64,000 nucleotides of DNA from Opitutales bacterium (GCA_021772535.1 JAJFLV010000175.1:1021-65020); one strand, 5' to 3'. Numbered from the stretch's first letter, positions 27,974 through 37,825 are shown. The notes: generated from the sequence alone by a model not told the origin. Numbers and translations: made by a program.

Positions 27974-29266
27974 TTAGCTTCTTTGCTTGATGGGCAGGTA
28001 ATTCCGTTCTTTCGAGCCGGTATAAATCTGTCGTGGGCGGTGGATGCGTCCTTTTGGATTTTCGGCCAGCTCCTTCCAATGGGCAATCCAGCCGGGCATA
28101 CGTCCGATGGCGAACATCACAGTGAACATATCCAGAGGGATGCCGATGGCTTTGAGGATAATACCACTGTAAAAGTCCACATTGGGATAAAGCTTACGCT
28201 CGATAAAGTAATCCTGGTGTAATGCTGCATCCGCCAGATGCCGGGCGATATCGAGCAATGGATCTTGGGAACCAAGTTTATTAAACAATAGCTCCTCAGC
28301 CTGAGCTAGAATCTTGGCCCTAGGGTCGAAGTTTTTGTAAACACGGTGACCGAATCCCATCAGCCGCTTTTTCTGGTCTTTGACGTCTTCGAGAAATTTA
28401 CTGCCGTCGTCACCGGTTTTTCGAATTTCCTCCAACATTTTGATCACGGCCACATTGGCTCCCCCGTGCAAGGGACCCCATAAAGCGCATACCCCCGAGG
28501 CGGCGGAGGCAAACAGGTTGGCTCCACCAGAAGCTACCATCCGAACGGTCGAAGTGCTGCAATTTTGCTCATGATCGGCGTGCAGGAGAAGGAACAGGTT
28601 GAGCGCACGATCGACTTCCGGAATGGCTTCATGCTGTTCGTAGGGTTGGGAGAACATCATGTGGAGAAAGTTGGCGCAATATCCCAGATCATGGTTGGGA
28701 TAATTGAAAGGTAAACCAACCTTTGTCCGGTAGGACATGGCAGCGATTGTGCGAACCCTGGAAATGAGGACTGCTGCCGCATTGTCGAATTGATCCAGAT
28801 CCTGCTGGCGGTCATTACTGGCCATTTCGGGATAATAACACCCCAGTGAATTGAGCATGGCTGAAAGCACTGCCATAGGGTGCGAACTCCAGGGAAAGCC
28901 CTCGAAATGGCGCTCCATGCCTACATGAAGGTTGGCATTGCGCAGGATTTTTCCCCTGAAACTGTTCAATTGATTCTCTTGCGGCAATTCGCCGTAAATG
29001 ACAAGATAGGCAACTTCCAAAAAGTTGGATTTTTCAGCCAACTGCTCAATGGGATACCCGCAATAGCGCAGAATCCCTTTTTCCCCGTCAACAAATGTAA
29101 TTTTACTTAAACAGGATCCGGTATTGCCGTACCCCTCGTCGAAGGTGATATACCCGCTTCGCGCACGAAGGGTTCGTGTATCAACAGCCTTTTCACCTTC
29201 TGTACCTTCGATAAAAGGGACATCAAATTCATCGCCGTTGATATGTATAGATGTGGAATTTTCCAT
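27974..29266 (-). CDS. gltA: Citrate synthase (type II)
   Basis: '[17 protein letters not shown]', 'GPLHGGAN', '[13 protein letters not shown]' and 'PNVDFYSG'. Confidence 0.95.
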   Translation of the reverse strand: MENSTSIHINGDEFDVPFIEGTEGEKAVDTRTLRARSGYITFDEGYGNTGSCLSKITFVDGEKGILRYCGYPIEQLAEKSNFLEVAYLVIYGELPQENQLNSFRGKILRNANLHVGMERHFEGFPWSSHPMAVLSAMLNSLGCYYPEMASNDRQQDLDQFDNAAAVLISRVRTIAAMSYRTKVGLPFNYPNHDLGYCANFLHMMFSQPYEQHEAIPEVDRALNLFLLLHADHEQNCSTSTVRMVASGGANLFASAASGVCALWGPLHGGANVAVIKMLEEIRKTGDDGSKFLEDVKDQKKRLMGFGHRVYKNFDPRAKILAQAEELLFNKLGSQDPLLDIARHLADAALHQDYFIERKLYPNVDFYSGIILKAIGIPLDMFTVMFAIGRMPGWIAHWKELAENPKGRIHRPRQIYTGSKERNYLPIKQRS

Positions 29267-29347
29267 GATAATAAAGAAATTTATGTAGATTGATTGATTA
29301 AGGAGGGGGAATTAAAAATATAATTCAATTTTAGGAAAAAGACAAGT

Positions 29348-29986
29348 TCAGCCAGCTTGTATGGTCATTTGGGAAAAATTGCGGTAAATTTGCAATCCTT
29401 TTGCCTGGCTTTTTTCCGGATGAAACTGGGTGGCATAGCATTTCCCACGGACAATTCCGCTTGTAAACTGGCCACCGTAGTCGGTTTGAGACCATACAAT
29501 GTTCGGGTCTTCAGGGACAACGTAATAGCTGTGGACGAAATAAAATTGGTCCGTGATAGGATGAATTTCACGGTTCAAGTCTTCTTCCCGCAAAAAGGAA
29601 ACGGCGTTCCAGCCGATGTGGGGAATTTTGTATTCCGGCCCCAACCGAAACCGCACTACCTTTCCCGGAAATACACCCAACCCGCTGACACCGGCCTCCT
29701 CTGAATGTTCGAAAAGAGCCTGCAACCCCAGGCATACGCCTAAAAATGGCCTGTCCTCGGCAATCCAGGACCGCACAATCTCGGCCAGGCCGGTGCGCTC
29801 GAGCGCTTCCACGCAGTCGCGTAAGGCGCCCACTCCCGGCAGGACCAACCCCGCAGGCTCTCCCAGGTCCTGTGGAGAATGGACGATTCTAGTTTTGGCT
29901 CCAACCGTTTTCAGGGCATTTTGCACGCTCCGCAGGTTGCCCATGCCGTAATCGATCACGGCGATGGTAGATTGATTGGCATCCAT
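29348..29986 (-). CDS. hisH: Imidazole glycerol phosphate synthase, glutamine amidotransferase subunit
   Basis: 'IAVIDYGMGNLRSV', 'LPGVGA', catalytic 'GVCLGLQ', 'PHIGWN' and 'YFVHSY'. ATG at 29986 (MDANQ). Confidence 0.9.
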   Translation of the reverse strand: MDANQSTIAVIDYGMGNLRSVQNALKTVGAKTRIVHSPQDLGEPAGLVLPGVGALRDCVEALERTGLAEIVRSWIAEDRPFLGVCLGLQALFEHSEEAGVSGLGVFPGKVVRFRLGPEYKIPHIGWNAVSFLREEDLNREIHPITDQFYFVHSYYVVPEDPNIVWSQTDYGGQFTSGIVRGKCYATQFHPEKSQAKGLQIYRNFSQMTIQAG

Positions 29987-30002
29987 CGGTGGTTCCCTCT
30001 CC

Positions 30003-30602
30003 TTAATCAAGGGTTCCTTTGGTCGATGGAAGCTGACCGGACTGCCTGGCATCTATGGCAGATGCCAGGTCGAGGGCGCGGGCGAATCCTTTGAATATAG
30101 CTTCGGCAATGTGGTGCGGCTCTTCCCCGTAAATCAGCTCGATGTGGACGTTGGCCTTGGCAGTATTGGCAAATGCCTGAAAAAACTCCCGCACCAAACT
30201 GATATTGAAGTCCCGCACCAGCCGCTCCCGGCTTTCAACCCGATAAACCAGCGCCGGCCGGCCCCCGAGGTCTATGACGACCCGGACCAGGGTTTCATCC
30301 ATGGGCATGAAAAAGAATCCGTAACGGCGAATCCCCAGCTTTTCACCGAGGGATTTCAGGACGGCCCCTCCTAAAACGATGCCGATATCTTCAACCGTGT
30401 GGTGGTAATCGACCTCCACATCTCCAGCGGCCTGTAATTCGATGTCGAAGAGGCCATGCCGGGCAAAAAGACTGAACATGTGGTCCATGAACGGAATTCC
30501 GGTGCGGGCCTGGCATTGGCCTGCGCCGTCAAGCGTTAAGAGCAAAGAGATATCGGTCTCTTCGGTTTTTCGATTTATTTTTGCTGTGCGTGGCGCCTCC
30601 AT
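30003..30602 (-). CDS. hisB: Imidazoleglycerol-phosphate dehydratase
   Basis: 'RKTEETDI', 'TGIPFMDHM', '[11 protein letters not shown]', 'VH..L.YGEEPHH..EA.FK.FARAL'. Confidence 0.9.
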   Translation of the reverse strand: MEAPRTAKINRKTEETDISLLLTLDGAGQCQARTGIPFMDHMFSLFARHGLFDIELQAAGDVEVDYHHTVEDIGIVLGGAVLKSLGEKLGIRRYGFFFMPMDETLVRVVIDLGGRPALVYRVESRERLVRDFNISLVREFFQAFANTAKANVHIELIYGEEPHHIAEAIFKGFARALDLASAIDARQSGQLPSTKGTLD

Positions 30603-31678
30603 GAGTCGATTGCTGTGAGGAGCAAGTTCATTTGCTCATCAGTTCCTACACTGATTCGGAGAAAACCGGCTGTCAACGAGCTACCGCTAAAATAACGTAC
30701 GAGTATTTTACGGTCTCGCAGAAATTGAAACAATTCCTCGGCCACGGCGGGGCCGGTCTTGCCGTCCGGTTTAGAAGGCTCGGTAAAAAGATAATTGGCC
30801 TGGGAGGGATAGGTGAACCAATCGCGAACCTTCAGTTCATGGAAAAAATTCTGCCGGGTAGTTTTGATCCTGTTAACGACATTCTGATAATATCCGGCAT
30901 CCCGCAGTGCCGCCAGCGCTCCTGCCTGGCACAGGCTGTTGACATTGTAGCTGTCCCGGACACGGTCCAGCATCTGGATGACTTTGGGAGCGGCCAGCGC
31001 ATAGCCCACCCTGAGCCCGGCCAAAGCGTGCGATTTGGAGAATGTCCTGGTAATGGCCAGATTCGGGAACTTTTCAAGTAGGGGTACAGCATCCTCTTCA
31101 GCAAAAGATGCATAAGCTTCATCCACCACCAGAAGTCCGTTATAGTCCTCCAGTACTGCTGCGATTTGATCCAGTGAATAACCAACACCGGTAGGGGCGT
31201 TGGGAGATGTTAAGAAAAAAATTGCGGCTCCGCTGGCGGAGATCGCATCGGGGTCGAGATCTATTTCCTTGTTACCGGCAATTCTCACCAAGGAAGTATT
31301 TTGGATTCCGGCCAATACGGGGTAGAGAGAGTAGCCGGGTTCGAGCATGCCGGCAGGCACCCTATCGCTGCAAAAAGAACGGAACAAGAGATTGAGAATA
31401 TCGTCCGAACCGTTGCCGACTAGAACCTGGGTGGATTCCAGTCCGTGAAATTCGGCCAAAGCATCCCGGAGGGCTGCGCTGGTCGGGTTTGGATAGAGAG
31501 GCAGGCGTTGCAACCCTGTCTGAATTTCTTTCCCGACTTCTGGACTGGGCGGATATGGATTCTCATTCGTATTGAGTTTGATCCATCCATCGCCTTCGGG
31601 TTGGTGCCCCGGGCTATAGGGGACCAGGGCCTCAATATGAGGCAATGCGCTGGGAGATGATTGGGCAGGCCGATTCAT
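30575..31678 (-). CDS. hisC: Histidinol-phosphate aminotransferase
   Basis: '[12 protein letters not shown]', 'YPNP', 'VVDEAY' and '[16 protein letters not shown]' (PLP lysine). Confidence 0.9.
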   Translation of the reverse strand: MNRPAQSSPSALPHIEALVPYSPGHQPEGDGWIKLNTNENPYPPSPEVGKEIQTGLQRLPLYPNPTSAALRDALAEFHGLESTQVLVGNGSDDILNLLFRSFCSDRVPAGMLEPGYSLYPVLAGIQNTSLVRIAGNKEIDLDPDAISASGAAIFFLTSPNAPTGVGYSLDQIAAVLEDYNGLLVVDEAYASFAEEDAVPLLEKFPNLAITRTFSKSHALAGLRVGYALAAPKVIQMLDRVRDSYNVNSLCQAGALAALRDAGYYQNVVNRIKTTRQNFFHELKVRDWFTYPSQANYLFTEPSKPDGKTGPAVAEELFQFLRDRKILVRYFSGSSLTAGFLRISVGTDEQMNLLLTAIDSWRRHAQQK

Positions 31679-32970
31679 TTTTCGAATCGAATTTGCAAGG
31701 ATCGGCCATGTGCGTCGAGCCGTTCAAGTTGACTGAATGCCTCCACCACGGGGCGGGCCAAGGCCAGGCTTCGAGGGTTGTATTGAATCAGACTGTTGCG
31801 CCGGAAAAAATCGGTGACGGAAAGACCGCTGAAAAAACGGCCGGTTCTGCCGGTAGGAAGGGTATGGCTGGGACCAGCGGTGAAATCCCCCAGCACCACG
31901 GGCGAATGGCTGCCCAAAAAGATGGCGCCGGCATGGCGGACTTTTTTGGCAAATCCATTGAGGAGGCGTTTTTCGATGTGCAGTTCAAGATGCTCCGGAG
32001 CGATCGTGTCCACCAGGTCTACGGCCTGATCGAGGTTGTCCACCAAAACGGCCAGAAATCCGTTTTTCAAAACGGGCCGAATCGACGAAGCCCGGCTCAG
32101 GTCCGTTAATTGCCGCTTTATTTCTTGTTCGGTTTCTCGAATCGTTTCTTCTTTCGTCGTGGCGAGAAATAACCTGCCGCCGGCACCATGTTCAGCCTGG
32201 GCTAGTATATCAGCCCCCAGCAGGGCGGGATCAGCGCTCTGGTCGGCAACGATCATGACTTCACTGGGGCCAGGCAGGAGATCCACTCCGGTGATGCCGA
32301 AAACCTGTCGCTTGGCCTCGGTAACAAAGGCATTTCCGGGTCCAAAAATTTTATTAACCGGCGGCACTGTAGCGGTTCCAAAAGCCATTGCGCCGATTGC
32401 CTGAATGCCGCCGATACGGTAAACTTCAGTGATGTGGCAATAGTGCAGAGCAGCCAACAGGCCTGGACTAATCGAGCCGTCCCGTCCGGGAGGAGTGAAG
32501 ACGGCGATTTCAGGCACTTTGGCCAGACGGGCCAAAGCAGCGGTCATGACCACGGTGGAAACAAGGGGCACATTCCCCCCCGGCACATAAATTCCGATCC
32601 TCTGGAGAGGATGGTATTGTTCTCCCACCGTTGCCCCGTGCGGATTTTTTCCTTTCCAGGAGACCGGCAAACTTCGCCGGTGAAAGTCTTCTACACAGTG
32701 AATGGCGATTTTGATAGCTCGGCTTTGTGCTTTTGTCAGGCTCTTGCCGGCGTTTCTGATTTCCTCCGGATCGACTCTGAACCGCCCGGGTTCTAGCCGA
32801 ACATGGTCGAATTTAGCGGTAAATTGGACCACGGCATCATCGCCACGTTGTTCGACTGCCTGTAAAATCCGGGCTACTTCCTCCCGAAACTCAGGAGTTC
32901 CCAAACTATTTTTACAATAAGAATCCAGCCTTCGGGAAAATCCCGGAGCATTGTAACGGAGCACACGCAT
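31675..32970 (-). CDS. hisD: Histidinol dehydrogenase
   Basis: 'GIYVPGG....STVVM', 'GGIQAIGAMAFGT', 'GPGN.FV..AK', 'AQAEHG' and 'PEHLEL'. Confidence 0.95.
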   Translation of the reverse strand: MRVLRYNAPGFSRRLDSYCKNSLGTPEFREEVARILQAVEQRGDDAVVQFTAKFDHVRLEPGRFRVDPEEIRNAGKSLTKAQSRAIKIAIHCVEDFHRRSLPVSWKGKNPHGATVGEQYHPLQRIGIYVPGGNVPLVSTVVMTAALARLAKVPEIAVFTPPGRDGSISPGLLAALHYCHITEVYRIGGIQAIGAMAFGTATVPPVNKIFGPGNAFVTEAKRQVFGITGVDLLPGPSEVMIVADQSADPALLGADILAQAEHGAGGRLFLATTKEETIRETEQEIKRQLTDLSRASSIRPVLKNGFLAVLVDNLDQAVDLVDTIAPEHLELHIEKRLLNGFAKKVRHAGAIFLGSHSPVVLGDFTAGPSHTLPTGRTGRFFSGLSVTDFFRRNSLIQYNPRSLALARPVVEAFSQLERLDAHGRSLQIRFEK

Positions 32971-33100
32971 GAAGTTTTCTCAGTAGATTATTGGATAAAT
33001 AGCCACCCAAGACCGGAATCAGCCGGTTATTATGCTCGGGCACAAATTTAATAATTCCGGTTCAACGATGGCCAAGGTGCGCCGGCAAGTAAATCCCAAA

Positions 33101-33862
33101 TCAAGGCTGCTCTTCCACTATTGGTTTGTTTGGGTGCGGCGCGAAGTCCGGCAGGTCAAAATATGAGCTATCCAAGTCCTCATTGAGGATAATTTCGGTA
33201 AATTCCACGGTATTCACAATTTCCCCATCAATCAGGGAAACGACCTTTTGCGGAAAACGGACTCCATCCACAACCATTTGCCCCACTTCCTTGATTTCGA
33301 GACCCTGGTCGTTAACGGTAGAAATCAGCTCACCGGTTTGAACGTCGAAGTAACGTTTGTAAAATATTTTGTCATCGTATTGAAAAACCAGCACATGTGC
33401 ATCACGTCCGTCTTTTTTTTGCACCGCCTTTTCCAAAACTTTGCCTCGCACCTTATCCAGGCCGGTGAAAAAGTTCAGGTTATCGTGCGTATTGGCCCGC
33501 ATGCGCCGGACATCGGCGGCATCCAGAATTTCCAAATCCCAGGAACCTGGATTGTTGATTGAAATCCGGCGATTCCATCCCTCATAGCCGTTTAAGCCGG
33601 TTGTTAAAATTGAATCTCCTTCCGAAACGTCCAGGCGTTGCTGAAAGGGTTTCTGAAAAAGGATTTCTATCTGCCCTTCCGTTCCCCGGTTGGTGGCCAT
33701 GAATTTACCTTTGAAATGGATCGAATTGACCGAGTTAAGGACCTCCTCGCCCCCAAGGCGTTGCCGCGCCATGGCTATTACCTCTTCGACCGAAGCAACG
33801 GCCGGCAAGAATGAAATCTGCAGGGCGGCCAAGATCGAATAAACAGTCAATAATCGGTTCAT
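33101..33862 (-). CDS. Secreted LolA-like / outer-membrane lipoprotein-sorting-like protein (hypothetical)
   Basis: Signal peptide 'MNRLLTVYSILAALQISFLPAVASV'. Beta-rich body resembling LolA-like DUF proteins ('IEILFQKPFQQRLDV'). Weak assignment. Confidence 0.5.
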   Translation of the reverse strand: MNRLLTVYSILAALQISFLPAVASVEEVIAMARQRLGGEEVLNSVNSIHFKGKFMATNRGTEGQIEILFQKPFQQRLDVSEGDSILTTGLNGYEGWNRRISINNPGSWDLEILDAADVRRMRANTHDNLNFFTGLDKVRGKVLEKAVQKKDGRDAHVLVFQYDDKIFYKRYFDVQTGELISTVNDQGLEIKEVGQMVVDGVRFPQKVVSLIDGEIVNTVEFTEIILNEDLDSSYFDLPDFAPHPNKPIVEEQP

Positions 33863-34044
33863 AGCTGACTTAATGGTTATTATCGTTTTAGGTGAGGAAT
33901 CCTCAAAATTCATTGGTTTCGAGAAATTAATTTGTTTGCATCAATTACCAGACCACAAAACCGGCCCAGTGTTCAAATGCAAATTTCCGCAGTCCTCAGT
34001 AACAAATTTCTTATGGCGGCGGAAATTATCAGCCAACGCCTACA

Positions 34045-34359
34045 TTAGAATTTCAACCGGGAATTGAGAAAACCGCAATCAGGACAACTTCCCGTCCCTG
34101 CCAGTTTTTTCTTGGCATATAATTTTCCGCATTTGACGCAGTGAAAAACTCCGCGTGACCGCTCGGATTCGTAAAGGTGCTTATCCCGGCGGTCATAGTA
34201 GTACCAGAGGCCCATGATAACGAAGAGCCCAATCGAAAGACAAAGGAGCAAAAAGATTTCAAAATTCAGAACGATCAAAGCAAAAAGTCTTTCCGCAATT
34301 CTTATGGTATGCAGCTGATTTATGTTCGCCTCGCCTCTCGGCCAATGCGCCAGATGCAA
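34045..34359 (-). CDS. Small membrane protein with a C-terminal zinc ribbon (hypothetical)
   Basis: Hydrophobic helix 'LFALIVLNFEIFLLLCLSIGLFVIMGLWYYY' followed by 'CVKCG-x14-CPDCG'. Last gene, co-directional, 96 nt after rplQ. Start codon uncertain (TTG at 34359, or an internal TTG). Confidence 0.5.
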   Translation of the reverse strand: MHLAHWPRGEANINQLHTIRIAERLFALIVLNFEIFLLLCLSIGLFVIMGLWYYYDRRDKHLYESERSRGVFHCVKCGKLYAKKKLAGTGSCPDCGFLNSRLKF

Positions 34360-34455
34360 GACTCAGGAATTATTGCCTCCTTTTCAGCTAGAAAATGAAG
34401 GGGAACAGTTATTTGTTAAACGGAAACCTCGGCGCCGCCAACCTATTTTACGCGC

Positions 34456-35133
34456 TCACTCTTTCTTTTCGGCCTCACCTTCAGAGGAAGCATCCACTTC
34501 GTCTGGCTCGGCTTCTTCTGCTTCGCCCTGGGTCTCCGATCCAGATTCCTGCGGAGACTCAGGTTCCTTGGCCTCGGCGACAGAGTCTGCTACCGGTTCG
34601 GCTGATTCCTTTGATTCTACTTCTTCGGCTGCCGGTTCGGCTGAATCCTCTGAGTCCGCTTCTTCGACGGCAGTTTCACTCACCGGCTGAGCTGGAGCAG
34701 TTTTGGCTTTCGATTTCCGGGCTTTTTTCTTGTGGGAGGACTTGTAGCCTTCGTCTGAGGCATCGATCAACTCGATGAGAGCCATTTCGGCGGCATCTCC
34801 AATTCTGGCGCCAAGTTTGTAAATCCTGGTGTAGCCGCCGGTCCGGTCCAGAAATTCCTCCACCCGGGTTTCGAAAAGATTATGAACCACAGATTTATCC
34901 CGCACCCGGGCGATGGCGAGGCGGCGCAAATGAAGAGCGCGCTCCGGAGTGGCAGCCTTTGCCTTTTTCGCCAGGGTGATGATTTTTTCAACAAAGGGGC
35001 GAAGAGCTTTGGCCTTGGGCAGCGTAGTCTGGATCCGGCCGTGCTTGAGCAAGGCTGTTGCCAGGTTGGCCATGAGGGCTACGCGATGTTCCTTTTTTAC
35101 CCCTAACTGGTGGCTGTGTTTTCGATGGCGCAT
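34456..35133 (-). CDS. rplQ: 50S ribosomal protein L17 with a ~100-aa acidic C-terminal extension
   Basis: Canonical 'MRHRKHSHQLGVKKEHR.ALM.NL...L..H.RI.TT..KAK..RP..EK.IT.AK' core through about residue 122. An Ala/Glu/Ser/Pro-rich tail follows. Confidence 0.9.
   Translation of the reverse strand: MRHRKHSHQLGVKKEHRVALMANLATALLKHGRIQTTLPKAKALRPFVEKIITLAKKAKAATPERALHLRRLAIARVRDKSVVHNLFETRVEEFLDRTGGYTRIYKLGARIGDAAEMALIELIDASDEGYKSSHKKKARKSKAKTAPAQPVSETAVEEADSEDSAEPAAEEVESKESAEPVADSVAEAKEPESPQESGSETQGEAEEAEPDEVDASSEGEAEKKE
34591..34668. repeat. Tandem imperfect 39-nt duplication inside the rplQ tail
   Basis: 34591-34629 (taccggttcggctgattcctttgattctacttcttcggc) versus 34630-34668 (tgccggttcggctgaatcctctgagtccgcttcttcgac). 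About 32/39 identical, in frame, encoding SAEP(A/V)A(E/D)..(V/E)E. Confidence 0.6.
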
Positions 35134-35175
35134 GAGGTGCCGGTAATTGGTTAAAGTTGAGTAGTTTGGATCAAA

Positions 35176-36177
35176 TTAGATATCGGAGCGCGTCTCAAGG
35201 AGACGTTCGTCGATTTTCATGCCTAACGACAGACCCAATTGTTCAAGTTTCGCTTTTATCTCATTAAGGGATTTTTTCCCGAAATTGCGATATTTGAGCA
35301 TCTCCTGTTCACTTTTCATGGCCAGTTCGCCCACTGTGGTGATATTGGCGTTATTAAGGCAATTGGCCGCACGGACCGATAGCTCGATTTCGTTAACACT
35401 CATGTTGAGCAATTTGCGCAGTTTGTTCTGCTCCTCACTGACTTCCGTCTGTTCGCTCTCGAACTCTACCGGAACCTCGCTCATTTGATCGAATACATCG
35501 AGGTGGTGCTTGAGTATGGCAGCGGCCAAACGCAATGATTCCTCCGCCGTAATGCGCCCATCCGTCCAGATTTCCAGAATCAGCCGGTCGTAGTCGGTCA
35601 TCTGGCCTACGCGTGTGTTCTCGATGGAGTATTTGACCAGCCTGACAGGGCTGAAAAGGGAATCGATGGCGATGACCCCGATGGGCTGATCGGGAGTTTT
35701 GTTTTCCTCACCCTGACAATAACCTCGCCCGACTTTGATCTCAAGCTCGGCCAGGAAACGCATTTTCTTATCGAGTGTGCAAATCACCTGGTCTGGATTG
35801 ATGATCTCGATATTGGCATCGGGCTGGATATCCGCGGCGGTGACGCTTCCCTCCTTTTCCACATCAATGAGAAGCTTGATCGTTTCCCTTTTGTGCGACT
35901 TGACGAGAACTTTTTTCAGGTTCAGAACGATGTCGGTGACATCCTCCATGATCCCGTCAATGCTTTGGAATTCGTGGTCCACCCCGTCGATTTTAATCGA
36001 AGAGATAGCGGCTCCCTCAATGGAACTGAGTAGGACCCGTCGTAACGAATTACCGATTGTGTGGCCATACCCTGTTTCGAAAGGTTCGGCAACGAACTTG
36101 GCATAATTTTGCGAGGCATCCTCTTCCTCAATAGTGAGGCGTCGAGGCAGTTCAAATTTTCCTAATCGTATTTGCAT
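35176..36177 (-). CDS. rpoA: DNA-directed RNA polymerase subunit alpha
   Basis: 'FVAEPFETGYGHTIGNSLRRVLLSS..GAA' in the N-terminal domain. C-terminal domain 'ELSVRAANCLNNANI.TVGEL' and 'NFGKKSLNEIK.KL'. Confidence 0.95.
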   Translation of the reverse strand: MQIRLGKFELPRRLTIEEEDASQNYAKFVAEPFETGYGHTIGNSLRRVLLSSIEGAAISSIKIDGVDHEFQSIDGIMEDVTDIVLNLKKVLVKSHKRETIKLLIDVEKEGSVTAADIQPDANIEIINPDQVICTLDKKMRFLAELEIKVGRGYCQGEENKTPDQPIGVIAIDSLFSPVRLVKYSIENTRVGQMTDYDRLILEIWTDGRITAEESLRLAAAILKHHLDVFDQMSEVPVEFESEQTEVSEEQNKLRKLLNMSVNEIELSVRAANCLNNANITTVGELAMKSEQEMLKYRNFGKKSLNEIKAKLEQLGLSLGMKIDERLLETRSDI

Positions 36178-36292
36178 CTTCAGTTAATAACTTAGCTTAG
36201 CATTCGAATAATTTCCCGCAGGCGATCCGGCAGGGGGAAAGCGCTGCAAGGAAGCGAAATTTGTTAAATATTTGTTCTCTCCGATGGTCCGG

Positions 36293-36901
36293 TTACCGGC
36301 TGTAAAACTCAACAATGAGCTGCACATTGACGCCTGGTTCAATTTCGTCCTTCTCCGGCAAACGGTTGACTTTGGCCCGCAGTGCGTCGTCGTTACGGGT
36401 CAGCCAGGCCGGAGTGGTTCGCAGCCGGGTATCCTCCAGGCAGCGGGTGGCTTGTTGGCGGGAAGAGGTACCGGCTTTGACCTCTATCTCCTCCCCGGCG
36501 GTAACTTGGTAACTGGAAATATCCACTTTGTGTCCGTCAACCTTGATATGGCCGTGATTGACGAACTGCCGGGCTTGAGGCCGTGTTTTGGCGAACCCGA
36601 GAAGGTATATGACATTGTCTAGCCGGGTCTCCAGGATTTGCAGAAAAATTTCGCCGGTGACTCCCCTTCGCTTTTTGGCCTTAATAAAATTCAACCGGAA
36701 TTGCTTCTCGGTTAATCCGTACATGAAGCGGAGTTTCTGTTTTTCGAGGAGGCCTATGGCATAGTCACTTACTTTGCGGCGGTGCCGTTGGCCGTGCTGC
36801 CCCGGCAAGTATGGCCGGCGCTCGAAAGCCTTGTTGGGTGCGAATACGGCCATTCCGAATTTCCGGTTCATGCGAGTGGTCGGTCCCGTGTAACGTGACA
36901 T
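36293..36901 (-). CDS. rpsD: 30S ribosomal protein S4
   Basis: 'MSRYTGPTTRMNRKFG', 'YGL.EKQFR', 'RLDNV.Y..GFA.TR.QARQFVNHGHI.V.G..V.I.SY'. ATG at 36901. The longer ORF-track start is unsupported. Confidence 0.9.
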   Translation of the reverse strand: MSRYTGPTTRMNRKFGMAVFAPNKAFERRPYLPGQHGQRHRRKVSDYAIGLLEKQKLRFMYGLTEKQFRLNFIKAKKRRGVTGEIFLQILETRLDNVIYLLGFAKTRPQARQFVNHGHIKVDGHKVDISSYQVTAGEEIEVKAGTSSRQQATRCLEDTRLRTTPAWLTRNDDALRAKVNRLPEKDEIEPGVNVQLIVEFYSR

Positions 36902-36976
36902 AATTAAATAAAATTCCGTGGAAAAGGTTGAATTGAGCGGATGATTAAAAGGTAAATCCAGATTGCCGGCATCCAA

Positions 36977-37825
36977 TTACACACGTCTGCGTTTGGGCGG
37001 TCGGCAGCCATTATGAGGTACCGGCGTCACATCGGTGAGAGAGGAAACGATCAGGCCCAGGGATTGTAGAGCCCGAACGGCTGAATCGCGGCCCATTCCA
37101 GGCCCTTTAACGCGTACTTCGATCTCCCTCAGCCCATGCCCCATGGCGGTGCGTCCGGCATCTTGGGTGACCACCTGAGCAGCGAAGGCGGTGGATTTTC
37201 GGGAGCCCCGAAATCCACACTTGCCGGCGCTGGACCAGGAAAGCACATTACCGTTTTTGTCGCTGAAAGTTACCTTGGTATTGTTGAAAGTGGCCAGGAT
37301 ATGGACAATTCCGGAAGAAATATTTTTGCTGCCTTTGGCCCGGCGAATTTTGAGATCTCCAATATCTGTCTTAAGCAGATCTTTGGCCGAAGGCGCCTTG
37401 GGTTTCTCCTCCGCCTTTTCTGTTTCTCCCTCTTCCTGTTTGGAGGCTTTTTCCTTTTCAGAGCTTTCCGGTTCCTGCGATGGAGTTTTTTCCTCGGCTT
37501 TCGGTTTTTGCGGTGGGGTTTCTTCCTCGGCTTTCAGTTCCTGGGGCGGAGTTTTTTCCTCCGCTTTCGGTTCTTGCGGCGGAGTTTTTTCCTTGGCTTT
37601 CGGTTTTTGCGGCGGGGTTTCTTCCTCGGCTTTCGGTTCTTGCGGCGGAGTTTTTTCCTCCGCTTTCAGTTCCTGGGGCGGAGTTTTTTTCGCGGCTTTC
37701 TTTTTCGCCTTTGGCTTCGGTTTGGGCGTCGCTTGCTCGCTTATTTCACCGCTCTTTTCAGGGGCGGAGGCAGTTTCTTCTGCCGCGGCAGGGACCTCTT
37801 TCGAATTCTTTTCTTCTTCGCTCAT
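36977..37825 (-). CDS. rpsK: 30S ribosomal protein S11 with a ~155-aa Lys/Glu/Pro-rich repeat N-terminal extension
   Basis: The C-terminal 125 aa are canonical S11 ('[35 protein letters not shown]', 'V.V.GPG.GRDSA.RAL...GL.V....[15 protein letters not shown]'). There is no Met near the canonical start. The ATG at 37825 lies 30 nt after the rpsM stop. Confidence 0.85.
   Translation of the reverse strand: MSEEEKNSKEVPAAAEETASAPEKSGEISEQATPKPKPKAKKKAAKKTPPQELKAEEKTPPQEPKAEEETPPQKPKAKEKTPPQEPKAEEKTPPQELKAEEETPPQKPKAEEKTPSQEPESSEKEKASKQEEGETEKAEEKPKAPSAKDLLKTDIGDLKIRRAKGSKNISSGIVHILATFNNTKVTFSDKNGNVLSWSSAGKCGFRGSRKSTAFAAQVVTQDAGRTAMGHGLREIEVRVKGPGMGRDSAVRALQSLGLIVSSLTDVTPVPHNGCRPPKRRRV
37480..37710. 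repeat. About 7 contiguous 30-nt in-frame tandem repeats (coding decapeptide [13 protein letters not shown])
   Basis: Plus-strand units of the form ggcggagttttttcctc(c/g)gctttc(g/a)gtt(c/t)(t/c)tg(c/g) recur head-to-tail. No spacers, and the repeats lie inside rpsK. Confidence 0.85.

Noticed and set aside
32971-34044. Possible tRNA or small RNA in the 130-nt spacers flanking the LolA-like gene. I also scanned the other spacers over 100 nt by eye: 10518-10663, 22770-22897, 36178-36292, 62112-62249 and 63509-63623.
   Set aside because: I could not trace an acceptor or T-arm cloverleaf (no GTTCRANYC-type box) or any known ncRNA signature. Only short 5-7-bp hairpins are present. Rfam or tRNAscan would be needed for certainty.
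37480-37710. Regular 30-nt direct repeats that could be mistaken for a CRISPR array or satellite
   Set aside because: The units are contiguous with no spacers and imperfect in a codon-preserving way. They lie in frame inside rpsK and encode a decapeptide repeat. There is no leader and there are no cas genes.
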